48,720 bases of DNA, taken from Serpentinimonas sp. Its GTDB lineage: Bacteria; Pseudomonadota; Gammaproteobacteria; Burkholderiales; Burkholderiaceae_C. The notes beneath the pieces were generated by a model that was not told the origin of the DNA, searched no databases, and was given only the letters and a program-made list of their open reading frames with translations. The stretch covers positions 1 through 48,720 of the forward strand of contig JALOSG010000001.1 of assembly GCA_025458665.1 (NCBI GenBank), written 5' to 3'. A program made the position numbers and the translations under genes. Shown piece by piece: positions 10,381-21,460 of this stretch (position 1 is the first letter of the stretch; each line of letters opens with the position of its first letter).

Positions 10381-11498
10381 CGCTGCAGCAGCCACGCCCG
10401 GATCGGCGCAGGCAGGCCGCAGGCCAAGGCCTCGGGCATAGTCATCCAACGCCCTTTCCCTGCCCGCAACTCGCTGGATAGCCCCGCAGGGAGTGAGTCA
10501 GCCCCGGACGCCGGAGCTTCCGGCACGCACCACTCCAGCCAGTGCAGCGTGAGTTCGCGGTGCGTCAGCGCGTGGCGCACGGGCTCATGCTCGCGCTCGG
10601 GCTCTGGTGGCAAGCCCCAACCCGCGGTGTGCTGCTGAAGTTCTTCACGGCTGGCAAACACCGGAAATGTCTGCAGGCCTGCCCATATCCCGCGCTCCGG
10701 CCGGGGAGCCAGCCACAGGCGCCCATCGGGCCGCACGAGCACCAGCAGCCACCACGATTCGGCACGCCGCACCAGCCGGCGGGTTTTCACGGGAAATTCG
10801 TCAGGGCGGCCCTGCGCCTGCGCCAGGCACAGCGGCTGCACGGGGCACAGAAGGCACTGGGGCTGGGACCGCGCGCACAGGCTGGCGCCCAGATCCATCA
10901 GCCCTTGCGTGTACGCCGCCATGTCTGGCGCGCTGGCATCCGCGGGCACCAGACGCTGGGCTTGCTGCCACAGCGCCTTTTCCTGTGTGGCCGATGCGAG
11001 GTCGCCCTCGAACGCCAGCAGGCGGGTCAGTACCCGCTTCACATTGCCATCGAGGATAGAAACGCGCTCGCCAAAACAGAATGCGGCTATGGCGGCGGCG
11101 GTAGAACGGCCAATGCCCGGCAGCGTGGCCAGGGCTTCGGCCGAAGCAGGAAACTGCCCACCGTGCTCGGCCACCACCGCCTGCGCACAGCGGTGCAGGT
11201 TGCGCGCACGGCTGTAGTAGCCCAGGCCGCTCCACAATGCCAGCACCTCGTCGGGCGTGGCAGCGGCCAGGGTCTGTACGTTGGGAAAGCGCTCCAGAAA
11301 TCGTGGGTAGTACTGCAGCACGCTGGCCACCTGCGTCTGCTGCAGCATGATCTCCGACAACCACACGCGGTAGGGGTCCTGCGTGTGCTGCCACGGCAGG
11401 CCGCTGCGGCCGTGCGCGCGCTGCCAGGCCACCAGGCGTGGAAAAAACTCTGCCAATGCCTGCGGGCTGGACAGACCGAAGCCGTTCCGCGCTCTCAA
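10377..11498 (-). CDS. mutY: A/G-specific adenine DNA glycosylase MutY
   Basis: ORF 10377..11498(-). Contains LPWQ...[17 protein letters not shown], the HhH motif [15 protein letters not shown], the Fe-S cluster loop C-x6-C-x2-C-x5-C ([17 protein letters not shown]) and a NUDIX-like C-terminal domain. The start codon is TTG 11498, overlapping the TGA of the upstream dynamin-like gene (TTGA). Confidence 0.93.
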   Translation of the reverse strand: MRARNGFGLSSPQALAEFFPRLVAWQRAHGRSGLPWQHTQDPYRVWLSEIMLQQTQVASVLQYYPRFLERFPNVQTLAAATPDEVLALWSGLGYYSRARNLHRCAQAVVAEHGGQFPASAEALATLPGIGRSTAAAIAAFCFGERVSILDGNVKRVLTRLLAFEGDLASATQEKALWQQAQRLVPADASAPDMAAYTQGLMDLGASLCARSQPQCLLCPVQPLCLAQAQGRPDEFPVKTRRLVRRAESWWLLVLVRPDGRLWLAPRPERGIWAGLQTFPVFASREELQQHTAGWGLPPEPEREHEPVRHALTHRELTLHWLEWCVPEAPASGADSLPAGLSSELRAGKGRWMTMPEALACGLPAPIRAWLLQR

Positions 11499-13513
11499 AC
11501 GGGGGTGCGCACTTCTTCGGCCTCACCCCAGCTGGCAGGGTCTGCGGGTAGCTCGGCGGCTGCCACCGCTGGCTCTGCCAAGGCAGGGTCCAGCTCCGTG
11601 AACGCACCATCGGCATCCAGGCCGGTAAGTTGTGCCAGCGCCGCCCGGGTGCGCTCCGAAGCCAGCTGTGCTTTGCCCAGCTCCTCGATGCGGGTGTCGA
11701 GTCCGCCCGCTGCCAGCTGGATGCGGGCCATGGCCTCGGCGCGGCGTGCAAAGTTGCGCCGGCGGTCGCGCAACTGGGTGTCGAGCTGCGCTGCTGCGGA
11801 CTTGTTCCACAGGTCCATGTCGTTGGCGGCAGATTCGAACACCCCTTGCAGGCGGCTCATGAGCGCCTTGGTCAGACGCTCACCGAACTCCGGGTTGGCC
11901 AGCTTGAGCACATTGCCCAGCCCCAGATACTGCAGGTGGTTGCGCTCCACCATCTGCAAGTCTTCAAGGTAGCGGGAAAAGTCGGGCTGGTCAGGCAGTT
12001 GCAAGGCGAAGCCGAACTCGGTGTTGAGGTCGCGGAAACTAGCGCCCAGCATGGTCTGAACCTCGGCGCCCAGGGTCTGGGCGCGCCCGAGCGCATCCCG
12101 CAGGCGATCGAAAGCCTCGGCGTACACCTTCTTCACGCCAAACTTGATGCCGGGCTGGCGCAGCGCTTCGGCCAGTTGCGCCACCTCGGCCTTCAGCCGG
12201 GTGGAGCCCAGCAAGCCCAGCAGATCCTTGAGCTGGCGCATGTGTACCGAGCGGATGGCCTGGATGCGCGCGCCGCTCGATTCAAACTCTGCCTGCTCCT
12301 GCTCGATGCGGCGGCGCATCTGCTGGATCACCGTGCTGTTCTTGCCGCGCAGGCCCTCCAGCTCCTGCAACTGTTCCACCAGTTCACGGTCGCGGGCGTA
12401 AAGGCGTTGTTCCACCTCGGCGCGGATGGTGGCCAGACCTTCACGCACCTGCCCCACCAGTATCTGGCGGCGCTGCACCAGCACGCCATCGGAAAGTGCC
12501 TGCTCCAGATCCACCAGGCGGCTCTCGGCCAGCAACGCTTCGTCCCCACGCACCTTGGCCAGCAGACCCTTCTGGGCCGACACCGCAATCACCTGCGAGG
12601 GAGCGAGTTCCAGCACCTGGGCCGAGTGCTCGCGCTGGCGCTGTATCTGCGCCTCGATGTATTCGGGCGTGCTCAGATCGTCCCAGAGGGTGTCGATCTT
12701 GTTGAGCACCACCAGCCGGGCGTCGCGCCGCTCGGCAGCCGGGGCCAGGTGTTCGCGCCAGATCGCCAGGTCGGACTTGCTCACCCCGGCATCGGCAGCC
12801 AGTATGAACACCACCGCCTGCGCTTGCGGCAACAGACTGACGGTGAGTTCCGGCTCGGCGCCTATGGCATTCAGACCCGGGGTATCGAGGATGACCAGGC
12901 CCTGCTTGAGCAACGGGTGCGCCATATTGATGAGCGCGTGGCGCCAGTGCGGCACCTCCACCAGCCCATCGGCCCCTGGCAAGGGGTTGTCCTCCGGGGT
13001 CTCGTCGTGCCAGAAGCCCAGAGCGCGCGCATCGGCCACACTCACACGCCGCACTTCCGCCACCTTCTCTATGGCCTGGGCCAACTGGGTGGGGTCGTTC
13101 ACATCCAGGTCAATGCGTTCCCACTTCTCGGGTGCACTCCGCCATTCCAGCAGAGACTGGGGCTGCAGACGGGTATCGATGGGCAAGAGGCGCAGGCACG
13201 GGGCCACCTCGGGGTCGTAGCCCAGCTCGGTGGGACACATGGTGGTGCGCCCGGCGCTGGCCGGCATGATGCGCCGGCCGTAGCCTGCAAAGAAAATGGC
13301 GTTGATCAGCTCGGACTTGCCACGCGAGAATTCGGCCACGAACGCCACGGTCACCTTGTCGGCGTTCACCTGTTCGCGGGCACGGTCGAGGCGCTCGCGC
13401 ACACCGGCATCCATCAGGTCGCGCGCCTCCAGCCACTCGGACAACGTTTTCAACCGCGCGGCAAACAGCTTGCGCCAAGCGTGGTGCTCGTCAAATTCCT
13501 GTTCAAACGACAT
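11495..13513 (-). CDS. Bacterial dynamin-like GTPase (dynamin family protein)
   Basis: ORF 11495..13549(-, TTG) trimmed to ATG 13513 (MSFEQEF), because the predicted -10 box overlaps the TTG. GTPase motifs are G1 AEFSRGKSELINA, G2 region GRTTMCPTE, G3 ILDTPGLNA and G4 VLNKID. About 400 aa of helical, coiled-coil-like sequence follows. No obvious TM or paddle segment. Confidence 0.8.
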   Translation of the reverse strand: MSFEQEFDEHHAWRKLFAARLKTLSEWLEARDLMDAGVRERLDRAREQVNADKVTVAFVAEFSRGKSELINAIFFAGYGRRIMPASAGRTTMCPTELGYDPEVAPCLRLLPIDTRLQPQSLLEWRSAPEKWERIDLDVNDPTQLAQAIEKVAEVRRVSVADARALGFWHDETPEDNPLPGADGLVEVPHWRHALINMAHPLLKQGLVILDTPGLNAIGAEPELTVSLLPQAQAVVFILAADAGVSKSDLAIWREHLAPAAERRDARLVVLNKIDTLWDDLSTPEYIEAQIQRQREHSAQVLELAPSQVIAVSAQKGLLAKVRGDEALLAESRLVDLEQALSDGVLVQRRQILVGQVREGLATIRAEVEQRLYARDRELVEQLQELEGLRGKNSTVIQQMRRRIEQEQAEFESSGARIQAIRSVHMRQLKDLLGLLGSTRLKAEVAQLAEALRQPGIKFGVKKVYAEAFDRLRDALGRAQTLGAEVQTMLGASFRDLNTEFGFALQLPDQPDFSRYLEDLQMVERNHLQYLGLGNVLKLANPEFGERLTKALMSRLQGVFESAANDMDLWNKSAAAQLDTQLRDRRRNFARRAEAMARIQLAAGGLDTRIEELGKAQLASERTRAALAQLTGLDADGAFTELDPALAEPAVAAAELPADPASWGEAEEVRTPV

Positions 13514-13547
13514 GGGTGGTGCCTTTGGCAAATCAATCAGTTTGGGC

Positions 13548-13575
13548 AATATAGCACCGCCCTGTGCGGCGACAA
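13548..13575 (-). promoter_or_regulatory. Putative sigma70 promoter for the dynamin-like gene/mutY
   Basis: The minus strand reads TTGTCG-(16 nt)-TGcTATATT. The -35-like element is at 13575..13570 and the extended -10 at 13556..13548, about 35 nt upstream of ATG 13513. Pattern match only. Confidence 0.45.
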
Positions 13576-13628
13576 CCCACCTGCGCGCCAGTCATGCCAC
13601 GGCAGCGTGGCAGCAAAGCCACGTCAGG

Positions 13629-14486
13629 CTAAAAGCGCTGGCAGACCGGGCAGAAAAAAGTGGAACGCTGCCCCTGGCGCAGGCTGCGTATGGGGGTGGC
13701 GCAAACACGGCACGGCTGCCCGGTACGGTCGTAAACCATGGCCTGCAGCTGGAAGTAACCCGTCTGCCCTTGCGCGCTCACAAAATCGCGCAGCGTGCTG
13801 CCGCCCTGCTGCACGGCAGCAGCCAACACCTCCCTGATGGCCTGCCACAGGCGCAACGCACGCGGGTAACTGATATTGCACGCCCGCACCGTGGGGCGTA
13901 TGCCGGCGGCAAACAGCGCTTCGGAAGCGTAAATGTTGCCAACGCCCACCACCACATCGCCGGCCAACAGCACTGGCTTGATGGCGCTTTTCCGCTGCCT
14001 GAGCGCGGCATGGAAGGCGCGAGGCTCAAAATCCGGGCCAAGCGGCTCCACCCCCAGGCCGCCCAGCAGCTTTTGCGCCACCGGGCTGTCCTCGGAGCTG
14101 GCCCACACCACTGCGCCAAACCGGCGCGGGTCGTGCAGCCGCAACAAGCCACGGTCGGTCAACAAGTCAAAGTGATCGTGCACGCCAGCACTTCCCTGCA
14201 CGTGGGCTGGCGCGAAAGCCAGGCTGCCAGACATGCCCAGGTGCACCAGCAGTACCCCGCCCGGCACAGCGGCTGTGCCATCGCTCGCCGGTGCGGTGCT
14301 AAGGTCGATGAGCAAATACTTGCCACGCCGGCGCACCTGCTCTACCCACAGGCCGGCCAGCGTCTCCGGCGCAACACCCAACGGCCAGCGCAGCGGTTTG
14401 CCCAACCCCGCCGACAACACCCGGGCACCCGCAATCCGCGAGGCAAAACTCAGGCGGGTGACTTCAACTTCGGGCAACTCGGGCAT
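13629..14486 (-). CDS. mutM: Formamidopyrimidine-DNA glycosylase (Fpg/MutM)
   Basis: ORF 13629..14537(-) trimmed to ATG 14486. This gives the invariant N-terminus MPELPEVEV. It also has the H2TH region and a C-terminal zinc finger CRVCATPI...STFFCPVCQ. Confidence 0.93.
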   Translation of the reverse strand: MPELPEVEVTRLSFASRIAGARVLSAGLGKPLRWPLGVAPETLAGLWVEQVRRRGKYLLIDLSTAPASDGTAAVPGGVLLVHLGMSGSLAFAPAHVQGSAGVHDHFDLLTDRGLLRLHDPRRFGAVVWASSEDSPVAQKLLGGLGVEPLGPDFEPRAFHAALRQRKSAIKPVLLAGDVVVGVGNIYASEALFAAGIRPTVRACNISYPRALRLWQAIREVLAAAVQQGGSTLRDFVSAQGQTGYFQLQAMVYDRTGQPCRVCATPIRSLRQGQRSTFFCPVCQRF

Positions 14487-14531
14487 GTTGGGTTGGGCGC
14501 AGGTGATACGGCGTTCCATTATCATGGGACG

Positions 14532-16367
14532 ATGCACTTTTCACCTTCGCGCGCACGCCCTTCCAGAGCGACCCTGGCGACCCTGATGGCCGGGCTCTTC
14601 ACCCTGGGCGGGTTGGCCCCCGCGCGTGCCGAACTGCCTGCCTGGGTGGCACAGTCTGCGCCTGCAACACTTGACGCTGGCGCCACGGGCCAGGCGGCCA
14701 GCCCCGCGCAGGCGCCCGCCTCGTCCGACATGGACGGAGAGCTTTTCTTCCAGTTGCTGCTCAGCGAGATTCAGCTTGGTGCTGGCGACCCTGGGGGCGC
14801 CTACTCTCTGGTACTGGATGCGGCCCGCCGGACCAACCGGCAGGAGCTGTACGGCAGGGCGGTAGACATCGCGCTGCAAGGCCGCTCGGGCGACGCAGCC
14901 CTGACCGCAGCCCGTGCCTGGGCCCAGGCGTTTCCCTCGGAAACCGAACCCCACCGCTATGTCTTGCAGATTCTGCTGGCGCTCAACCGCCCTGCCGAAC
15001 TGGCCAGCACCCTGGCTCGGCTTATCGAGCTGACCCCGGCGGGCGAACGCCCCGGTCTTATCCAGGCCATTCCGCAGACTCTGGCGCGCACGAGCGACAA
15101 GACGGCCGCCCTCGCAGCGGCCGAGCAGGCGCTGGCGCCGTCGCTGGCTGCCAGTGCCCCCGCCGACATCCGGGCCGCTGCGCTGAGCGCCACCGGGCGC
15201 ATGCAGTTGGCCAACGAACAGCCTGAAGCCGCCCTGAAAAGCGCCCGCGACGCGGCGGCGGCGAGCCCCCTGTACGCCCCTTCGGCCTTGCTGGCCCTCG
15301 AACTGATGGGGCAGGGACGGAGCGACGCCGAGCCACTGGTACTGGCCTACCTGGAGCGCACGTCCGGGCAGTCGGCGCCCGCCGTACAGATGGGCTATGC
15401 CCGATGGTTGCTGGACCAACAGCGTTACGCAGAGTCCAGCCAACGGCTTCAGGCCCTGACAGCGCAAGCCCCCGAACTGGCCGACCCCTGGCTTTTGCTG
15501 GGCTCCCTGCAGGTGCAGGAGAACCGCCTGGACCAGGCACAGGCCAGCCTGGACCAGTACCTCGCTCTGTCCCGTGAGCTGCCTGCCGAGCAGGCCAGCC
15601 GCGGGCAGACGCAGGCGTTCCTGATGTTGTCCCAAATTGCCGAACGGCGTGGAGATTTTCCTGCCGCCAACGCATGGCTGGACCGGATAGAGAACGCCGA
15701 CGAGCTCATGGCAGCGCAGCTGCGCCGGGCCATGTTGCTGGCCCGACAGGGCCAGTTGGCACAGGCACGGGCTCTTCTGCAGGGCCTGCCCGAGCGCGAC
15801 GAGCAGGACGCGCGCCGCAAACTCACCGCGGAAGCCCAGCTGCTGCGCGAAATGGGCGAGTTCCAGCAGGCGCTGGATGTGTACGCCAAAGCGGCAGAAC
15901 GCTTCCCCAACGACCCCGACCTGCTGTACGAGAAGGCCATGGCAGCCGAGAAAGCGGGCCAGCCGGCGTTGCTGGAAAGCCTGCTTCGCCAGGTGATTGA
16001 ACGCCACCCAGATTACTACCACGCCTACAACGCACTGGGCTACACGCTGGCAGACCGCAACGAACGCCTGCCCGAGGCCAAGGCGCTCATCATGAAGGCG
16101 CTGGAGTTCGCCCCGGGAGACCCCTACATCCAGGACAGCCTGGGCTGGGTGCAGTTCCGGATGGGTATGTTGCCGCAAGCCCTGGCCACCCTGCAGGGCG
16201 CCTATGCCCGCCGGCCAGATGCCGAGATTGCCGCCCACCTGGGCGAGGTGCACTGGAGCCTGGGCCAACGCGAACAGGCGCTGCGTATCTGGCGCGAGGG
16301 CCTGCTGCTGAACCCGCAGAATGAGACCCTGATCGAGACACTGAAGCGCCTCAACGTACAGCCATGA
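14532..16367 (+). CDS. Secreted tetratricopeptide-repeat (TPR) protein
   Basis: The in-frame ATG 14532 of the 1023-aa ORF 13296..16367 was chosen. The upstream part is antisense to mutM and the dynamin-like gene. It has a signal-like N-terminus ...[16 protein letters not shown]|ELP and repeated TPR-like A/L-rich helices up to ...[32 protein letters not shown]. The stop overlaps the lolB start (ATGA). Confidence 0.8.
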   Translation: MHFSPSRARPSRATLATLMAGLFTLGGLAPARAELPAWVAQSAPATLDAGATGQAASPAQAPASSDMDGELFFQLLLSEIQLGAGDPGGAYSLVLDAARRTNRQELYGRAVDIALQGRSGDAALTAARAWAQAFPSETEPHRYVLQILLALNRPAELASTLARLIELTPAGERPGLIQAIPQTLARTSDKTAALAAAEQALAPSLAASAPADIRAAALSATGRMQLANEQPEAALKSARDAAAASPLYAPSALLALELMGQGRSDAEPLVLAYLERTSGQSAPAVQMGYARWLLDQQRYAESSQRLQALTAQAPELADPWLLLGSLQVQENRLDQAQASLDQYLALSRELPAEQASRGQTQAFLMLSQIAERRGDFPAANAWLDRIENADELMAAQLRRAMLLARQGQLAQARALLQGLPERDEQDARRKLTAEAQLLREMGEFQQALDVYAKAAERFPNDPDLLYEKAMAAEKAGQPALLESLLRQVIERHPDYYHAYNALGYTLADRNERLPEAKALIMKALEFAPGDPYIQDSLGWVQFRMGMLPQALATLQGAYARRPDAEIAAHLGEVHWSLGQREQALRIWREGLLLNPQNETLIETLKRLNVQP

Positions 16368-16861
16368 AGCGACGGCAAGCCCTGCTGGGTGGACTGGGCC
16401 TGACAGTTTTTCTGGGTGGCTGCAGCACACTGCCCGCACCCGCCTCCGAAGACTCGACCCCGAGCAGCCGCACCGAGTGGAGCGGGCGCCTGGCACTGCA
16501 GGTACTCACCGAGCCGGCAGAGAGCTTTTCTGCAAGCTTCGAGCTATCAGGAAGCCCCGATACGGGAACCCTGCGCCTGTTTTCCCCGTTCGGACAGACG
16601 CTGGCTGCCGCCGAATGGCAGCCCGGCCAGGCGACGCTGCGCAGGGGCGACGAGGAGCGCACCTACCCCAGTATGGAAGCACTCACAGAGGCGCTCACCG
16701 GGACCGCTCTCCCGCTGGCAGCGGTGTTTGGCTGGTTGCGCGGTGTAGCGACTGCGGTGGAGGGCTGGCAGGTCGACCTGAGCGAGCAAGCCGCGGGGCG
16801 GGTGCAGGCACAGCGCCTTTTCCCTGCCCCCGAGGCGCGCCTGCGGCTGGTATACCGATGA
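16364..16861 (+). CDS. lolB: Outer-membrane lipoprotein LolB
   Basis: ORF 16364..16861(+). Has a lipoprotein signal with lipobox FLGG|C ([21 protein letters not shown]). At 165 aa, its size and its position directly upstream of ispE match the conserved lolB-ispE pair. Confidence 0.8.
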   Translation: MKRRQALLGGLGLTVFLGGCSTLPAPASEDSTPSSRTEWSGRLALQVLTEPAESFSASFELSGSPDTGTLRLFSPFGQTLAAAEWQPGQATLRRGDEERTYPSMEALTEALTGTALPLAAVFGWLRGVATAVEGWQVDLSEQAAGRVQAQRLFPAPEARLRLVYR

Positions 16862-17832
16862 GTACCCCAGCCCCTGCACAGCACACAGTGCCCGCCCCGT
16901 CAGCAGGGCCGCGCGAACTGTTGGACGTACCGGCACCGGCCAAGCTCAACCTGTTCCTCCACGTGGTGGGCCGCCGCCCAGACGGCTACCACCTGCTGCA
17001 GTCGGTGTTTGTGCTGCTGGACTGGGCCGATGTGCTGCACTTCGAACGGCGCGCTGGCGGGCGAGTGGACCGCAGCGATGTCCATCCTGGAGCGCAAGCA
17101 CTGCCTGCCGACGACCTGTGCGTTCGTGCAGCCCGCGCCCTGCAGCAAGCGACCGGTTGCACCGAGGGCGTACACATCACGCTGGATAAACGCTTGCCCG
17201 CGCAGGCTGGACTGGGTGGCGGCTCCAGCGACGCGGCCACCTGCCTGCTGGCGCTGAACCGGTTGTGGAGACTGGGGCTGAGCCCAGCGGAACTGCAGCG
17301 CATTGGCGTCACGCTCGGGGCCGATGTGCCGTTTTTCCTGGGCGGTCAGAACGCCTGGGTCGAGGGGATAGGAGAACAGATCACCCCTCTGGTCCTACCG
17401 GATTGGCCGGCCCGCTTCCTCGTCGCCAAGCCGCCGGAAGGGGTTTCGACGCCCCAAATTTTTGGCCACCCGACTTTGAAACGCGACACAAAACGTTCTA
17501 TAATCGAAGACTTTGTTGCAAGCACCGGCTCACAGCCGGATCCGAAGCACGGAAACGGGTGGACTACCCCGCTGTACGGTCACAACGACCTGCAGGCGCC
17601 TGCCGAAATGCTCTGCCCTGACATCAACTGGGGACTGGAGCGGTTCAGGCAGATGGGTTTGGCGGGCCGCATGAGCGGGTCTGGCAGCGCGATCTTTTCG
17701 CCGCTTGGCCGCGCTGGTGGTATAGACCCGACGGTCGAGTCAGAGCATCAGGCGCTGCTGGCGGGCTGGCCTTCAGGTTGGGTGGTTCGCGTTTGCAACA
17801 GATTGGACAGGCACCCACTGCTGGGCTGGTGA
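16858..17832 (+). CDS. ispE: 4-diphosphocytidyl-2-C-methyl-D-erythritol kinase
   Basis: ORF 16477..17832 trimmed to ATG 16858 (ATGA overlap with the lolB stop). Contains APAKLNLFLHVVGRRPDGYHLLQSVF and the GHMP kinase motif PAQAGLGGGSSDAA. Confidence 0.92.
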   Translation: MSTPAPAQHTVPAPSAGPRELLDVPAPAKLNLFLHVVGRRPDGYHLLQSVFVLLDWADVLHFERRAGGRVDRSDVHPGAQALPADDLCVRAARALQQATGCTEGVHITLDKRLPAQAGLGGGSSDAATCLLALNRLWRLGLSPAELQRIGVTLGADVPFFLGGQNAWVEGIGEQITPLVLPDWPARFLVAKPPEGVSTPQIFGHPTLKRDTKRSIIEDFVASTGSQPDPKHGNGWTTPLYGHNDLQAPAEMLCPDINWGLERFRQMGLAGRMSGSGSAIFSPLGRAGGIDPTVESEHQALLAGWPSGWVVRVCNRLDRHPLLGW

Positions 17833-17933
17833 AGCACCAGCCAGCGGCAGCGTTAAAATACGCGCCGCAAGCTCCGGCGGTGGAGTCTGTCTGAACTGCA
17901 TTTCGGTGCACCGATCCGTCGGTGAACCTGTGT

Positions 17934-18010
17934 AGGGGAGTCGCCAAGTTGGTTAAGGCACCGGATTTTGATTCCGGCATGCGAGGGTTCGAGTCCTTCC
18001 TCCCCTGCCA
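17934..18010 (+). tRNA. tRNA-Gln (UUG)
   Basis: 77-nt cloverleaf AGGGGAGTCGCCAAGTTGGTTAAGGCACCGGATTTTGATTCCGGCATGCGAGGGTTCGAGTCCTTCCTCCCCTGCCA. The anticodon stem is CCGGA/TCCGG with loop TT-TTG-AT. The 7-bp acceptor stem is AGGGGAG/CTCCCCT, the discriminator is G and CCA is encoded. A T-run follows. Confidence 0.93.
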
Positions 18011-18149
18011 AATTTTTTTATTTGGTTTTGAAGCTTCTGTCTGGCCGGTGCTGCTGCGAACAGCGGCTGCCGTGCAGACACTTCCTACTGTGGCTGGCCC
18101 GAAGCCGCACAGATTCCGCGAACCCCAAGAACCTGTGCCGGGAACCTGT

Positions 18150-19148
18150 ATGTCAGCATCCATGACCGTCCAAGCTTCCAACCACGCCCCCGACTTCATG
18201 CTGTTCACCGGCAACGCCAACCCCGTGCTGGCCGCCGAGATCGCACAGCATCTGGGTACCACGCTGGGTGCGGCCAACGTCGGCCGGTTCTCCGACGGGG
18301 AAGTCACCGTGGAGATCACCCAGAACGTGCGCGCCCGCCACGTCTTCGTGATCCAGTCCACCTGCGCACCCACCAACGAGAACCTGATGGAGCTCATCAT
18401 CATGGTCGATGCGCTCAAGCGCGCATCGGCGGTGAGCATCTCTGCCATCATTCCCTACTTCGGCTACGCCCGCCAGGACCGCCGCCCGCGCTCCAGCCGC
18501 GTGCCGATTTCCGCCAAAGTGGTGGCCAACATGCTGCAGGCCGTGGGCGTGAACCGCGTGCTCACCATGGACCTGCACGCCGACCAGATCCAGGGCTTCT
18601 TCGACATCCCGGTAGACAACATTTACGCGTCCCCCGTGTTGCTGGGCGACCTGCGCCAGAAGGCCTATCCGGACCTGCTGGTGGTCTCGCCCGACGTGGG
18701 TGGCGTGGTGCGCGCCCGCGCGCTGGCCAAGCAGCTCAACTGCGACATGGCCATCATCGACAAGCGCCGCCCGCGCGCCAACGTGTCCGAAGTCATGCAC
18801 GTGATTGGCGACATCGAAGGCCGCAACTGCGTGATCATGGACGACATGATCGACACCGCCGGCACGCTGGTGAAGGCCGCCGAAGTGCTGAAAGAGCGCG
18901 GCGCCCAACACGTGTATGCCTACTGCACGCACCCCATTTTTTCCGGTCCCGCCATCGACCGCATTGCCAAAGGCGACGCGCTCGACGAGGTGGTGGTGAC
19001 CAACACGATTCCCTTGAGCCAGGCCGCGCAGGCTTGCGCCAAGATACGCCAACTGTCCGTGGCACCGCTGATGGCCGAGACCATCGCGCGGATTGCCAGC
19101 GGAGAGTCGGTGATGAGTTTGTTCGCGGACCAGGACAACCTGTTCTGA
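18150..19148 (+). CDS. prs: Ribose-phosphate pyrophosphokinase (PRPP synthetase)
   Basis: ORF 17922..19148 trimmed to ATG 18150, because the upstream part runs through the tRNA. Contains ...[20 protein letters not shown]..., [17 protein letters not shown] and the PRPP-binding loop [12 protein letters not shown]. An alternative start is at 18162. Confidence 0.93.
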   Translation: MSASMTVQASNHAPDFMLFTGNANPVLAAEIAQHLGTTLGAANVGRFSDGEVTVEITQNVRARHVFVIQSTCAPTNENLMELIIMVDALKRASAVSISAIIPYFGYARQDRRPRSSRVPISAKVVANMLQAVGVNRVLTMDLHADQIQGFFDIPVDNIYASPVLLGDLRQKAYPDLLVVSPDVGGVVRARALAKQLNCDMAIIDKRRPRANVSEVMHVIGDIEGRNCVIMDDMIDTAGTLVKAAEVLKERGAQHVYAYCTHPIFSGPAIDRIAKGDALDEVVVTNTIPLSQAAQACAKIRQLSVAPLMAETIARIASGESVMSLFADQDNLF

Positions 19149-19163
19149 TTTGCGGCAATGCGT

Positions 19164-19199
19164 GGACGCCGCCGGAATAGGCCGGCAGCGTCCTTTTTT
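19164..19199 (+). terminator. Rho-independent terminator after prs
   Basis: GGACGCcGCCGG-aatag-GCCGGCaGCGTCC followed by TTTTTT (19194-19199). Confidence 0.7.
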
Positions 19200-19246
19200 G
19201 TGACAGGGGCCCTCTGGTCGCGGTTGGCCCCCTTAGGAGTAAAGCC

Positions 19247-19867
19247 ATGCAATTCGTCGCTTATGAGCGCACCAAGCAGGGTACGGGTGCGAGCCGCCGT
19301 CTGCGCAACACCGGTCGTGCGCCCGGTATCGTTTTCGGCGGTGACACCGCCCCCACCACCATCGAGCTGGACCACAACGCTCTGTGGCACGCTCTGAAAA
19401 AGGAAACCTTCCACGCCTCCATCCTCGAGATGGAACTGGCTGGCAAGGTGCAGAAAGTGTTGCTGCGCGACGTGCAGTACCACCCCTTCAAGCCCCTGGT
19501 GCTGCACATCGACTTCCAGCGCGTGGACGACAAGACCCGCCTGCGCAAGAAAGTGCCGCTGCACTTCGTCAACGCCGAGAATTCGCCTGCGGTGAAGAAC
19601 GACAAGTGCGTGATCAACCACGTGGCCACCGAGGTGGAAATCGAGTGCCTGGCCATCCAGCTGCCCGAGCACATCACCGTGGACCTGGGTGAAGTGGTCA
19701 AGGGCCAGAGCGTGCACGCCAACGACGTGAAGCTGCCCGCCGGCGTGAAGCTGGTGACGCACGGCAAGCCGAACCCGACGCTGGCCACCGTGGTGGAACC
19801 GGTGGAAGAAGTGATTGCCGCTCCCGTGGCCACTGCCGCCGACGACAAGAAAAAGAAGAAGAAGTGA
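19247..19867 (+). CDS. rplY: 50S ribosomal protein L25 / general stress protein Ctc (long form)
   Basis: ORF 19247..19867(+), RBS TAGGAG. Begins [30 protein letters not shown] and ends in a lysine-rich tail DDKKKKKK. Confidence 0.92.
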   Translation: MQFVAYERTKQGTGASRRLRNTGRAPGIVFGGDTAPTTIELDHNALWHALKKETFHASILEMELAGKVQKVLLRDVQYHPFKPLVLHIDFQRVDDKTRLRKKVPLHFVNAENSPAVKNDKCVINHVATEVEIECLAIQLPEHITVDLGEVVKGQSVHANDVKLPAGVKLVTHGKPNPTLATVVEPVEEVIAAPVATAADDKKKKKK

Positions 19868-19996
19868 TGACCTTGGCGCTGGCTTGTCCAGCGCTGGGTG
19901 CCCACCCTCTTCCACGGCCCGTCAGGCTTGCCTGCCGGGCTTTTTCTTTGGCTCCGTGCCGCCGCCCTTCGGCCTCTCTTCCCTTAAGCTACGCGC

Positions 19997-20917
<921 letters not shown>

Positions 20918-21460
20918 TCAGGCCTGCTGAGGGCGCACAGCCTGCAGTTGCTGCTGCACGTGCGGGCTTACCATGGTAGACACATCGCCGCCCAGCATGG
21001 CAATTTCCCGCACCAGCGTGCTGGATATGCATTGCAGTTCCGCCTGCGGCAGGAGGAACACGGTTTCCACGCCAGGCAGCAGCTTGCGGTTCATGGCAGC
21101 CATCTGGGCTTCGTAGTCGAAATCGGTCATGTTGCGTATGCCGCGCACCACAGCACAGGCGCCCAGGTCGCGGCACAGGTCCATGATGAGGCCCTGGAAG
21201 GGCAGCACGCGCACGGTCGGGCAGTCCCGAAAGGTGTGGGCCACCAGCGCCATGCGCTCATCGAGCGTGAAGCGGGTTTTCTTGTGGTGGGCCACGGCCA
21301 CCGCCACCACCAGTTCATCGAACAGGCCGGCGGCACGGCGGATCACGTCTTCGTGGCCCAGTGTGACGGGGTCGAAGGTGCCGCTGTACACGGCCAGACG
21401 GCGCTGTGGCAGGGCGTTGGCGGATGGGGAGCCGGTTGCGGGAGTGCTCATGCGCCGCAT
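20918..21460 (-). CDS. coaD: Phosphopantetheine adenylyltransferase
   Basis: ORF 20918..21712(-) trimmed to ATG 21460, which overlaps the rsmD stop (TAATG). ATG 21451 is also possible. Contains AVYSGTFDPVTLGHEDVIRRA and ...ISSTLVREIA. Confidence 0.9.
   Translation of the reverse strand: MRRMSTPATGSPSANALPQRRLAVYSGTFDPVTLGHEDVIRRAAGLFDELVVAVAVAHHKKTRFTLDERMALVAHTFRDCPTVRVLPFQGLIMDLCRDLGACAVVRGIRNMTDFDYEAQMAAMNRKLLPGVETVFLLPQAELQCISSTLVREIAMLGGDVSTMVSPHVQQQLQAVRPQQA

Noticed and set aside
11630-13837. 735-aa plus-strand ORF opposite the dynamin-like gene and the mutM 3' end.
   Set aside because: It is a shadow ORF with no motifs. The opposite strand carries clear GTPase and Fpg signatures.
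13296-14531. The N-terminal 412 codons of the 1023-aa ORF 13296..16367.
   Set aside because: This part overlaps mutM and the dynamin-like gene in antisense and is low complexity. The TPR protein starts plausibly at ATG 14532, where a signal peptide begins.
17922-18149. Upstream extension of the prs ORF.
   Set aside because: It reads straight through the tRNA-Gln gene. The conserved Prs N-terminus begins near 18150-18200.
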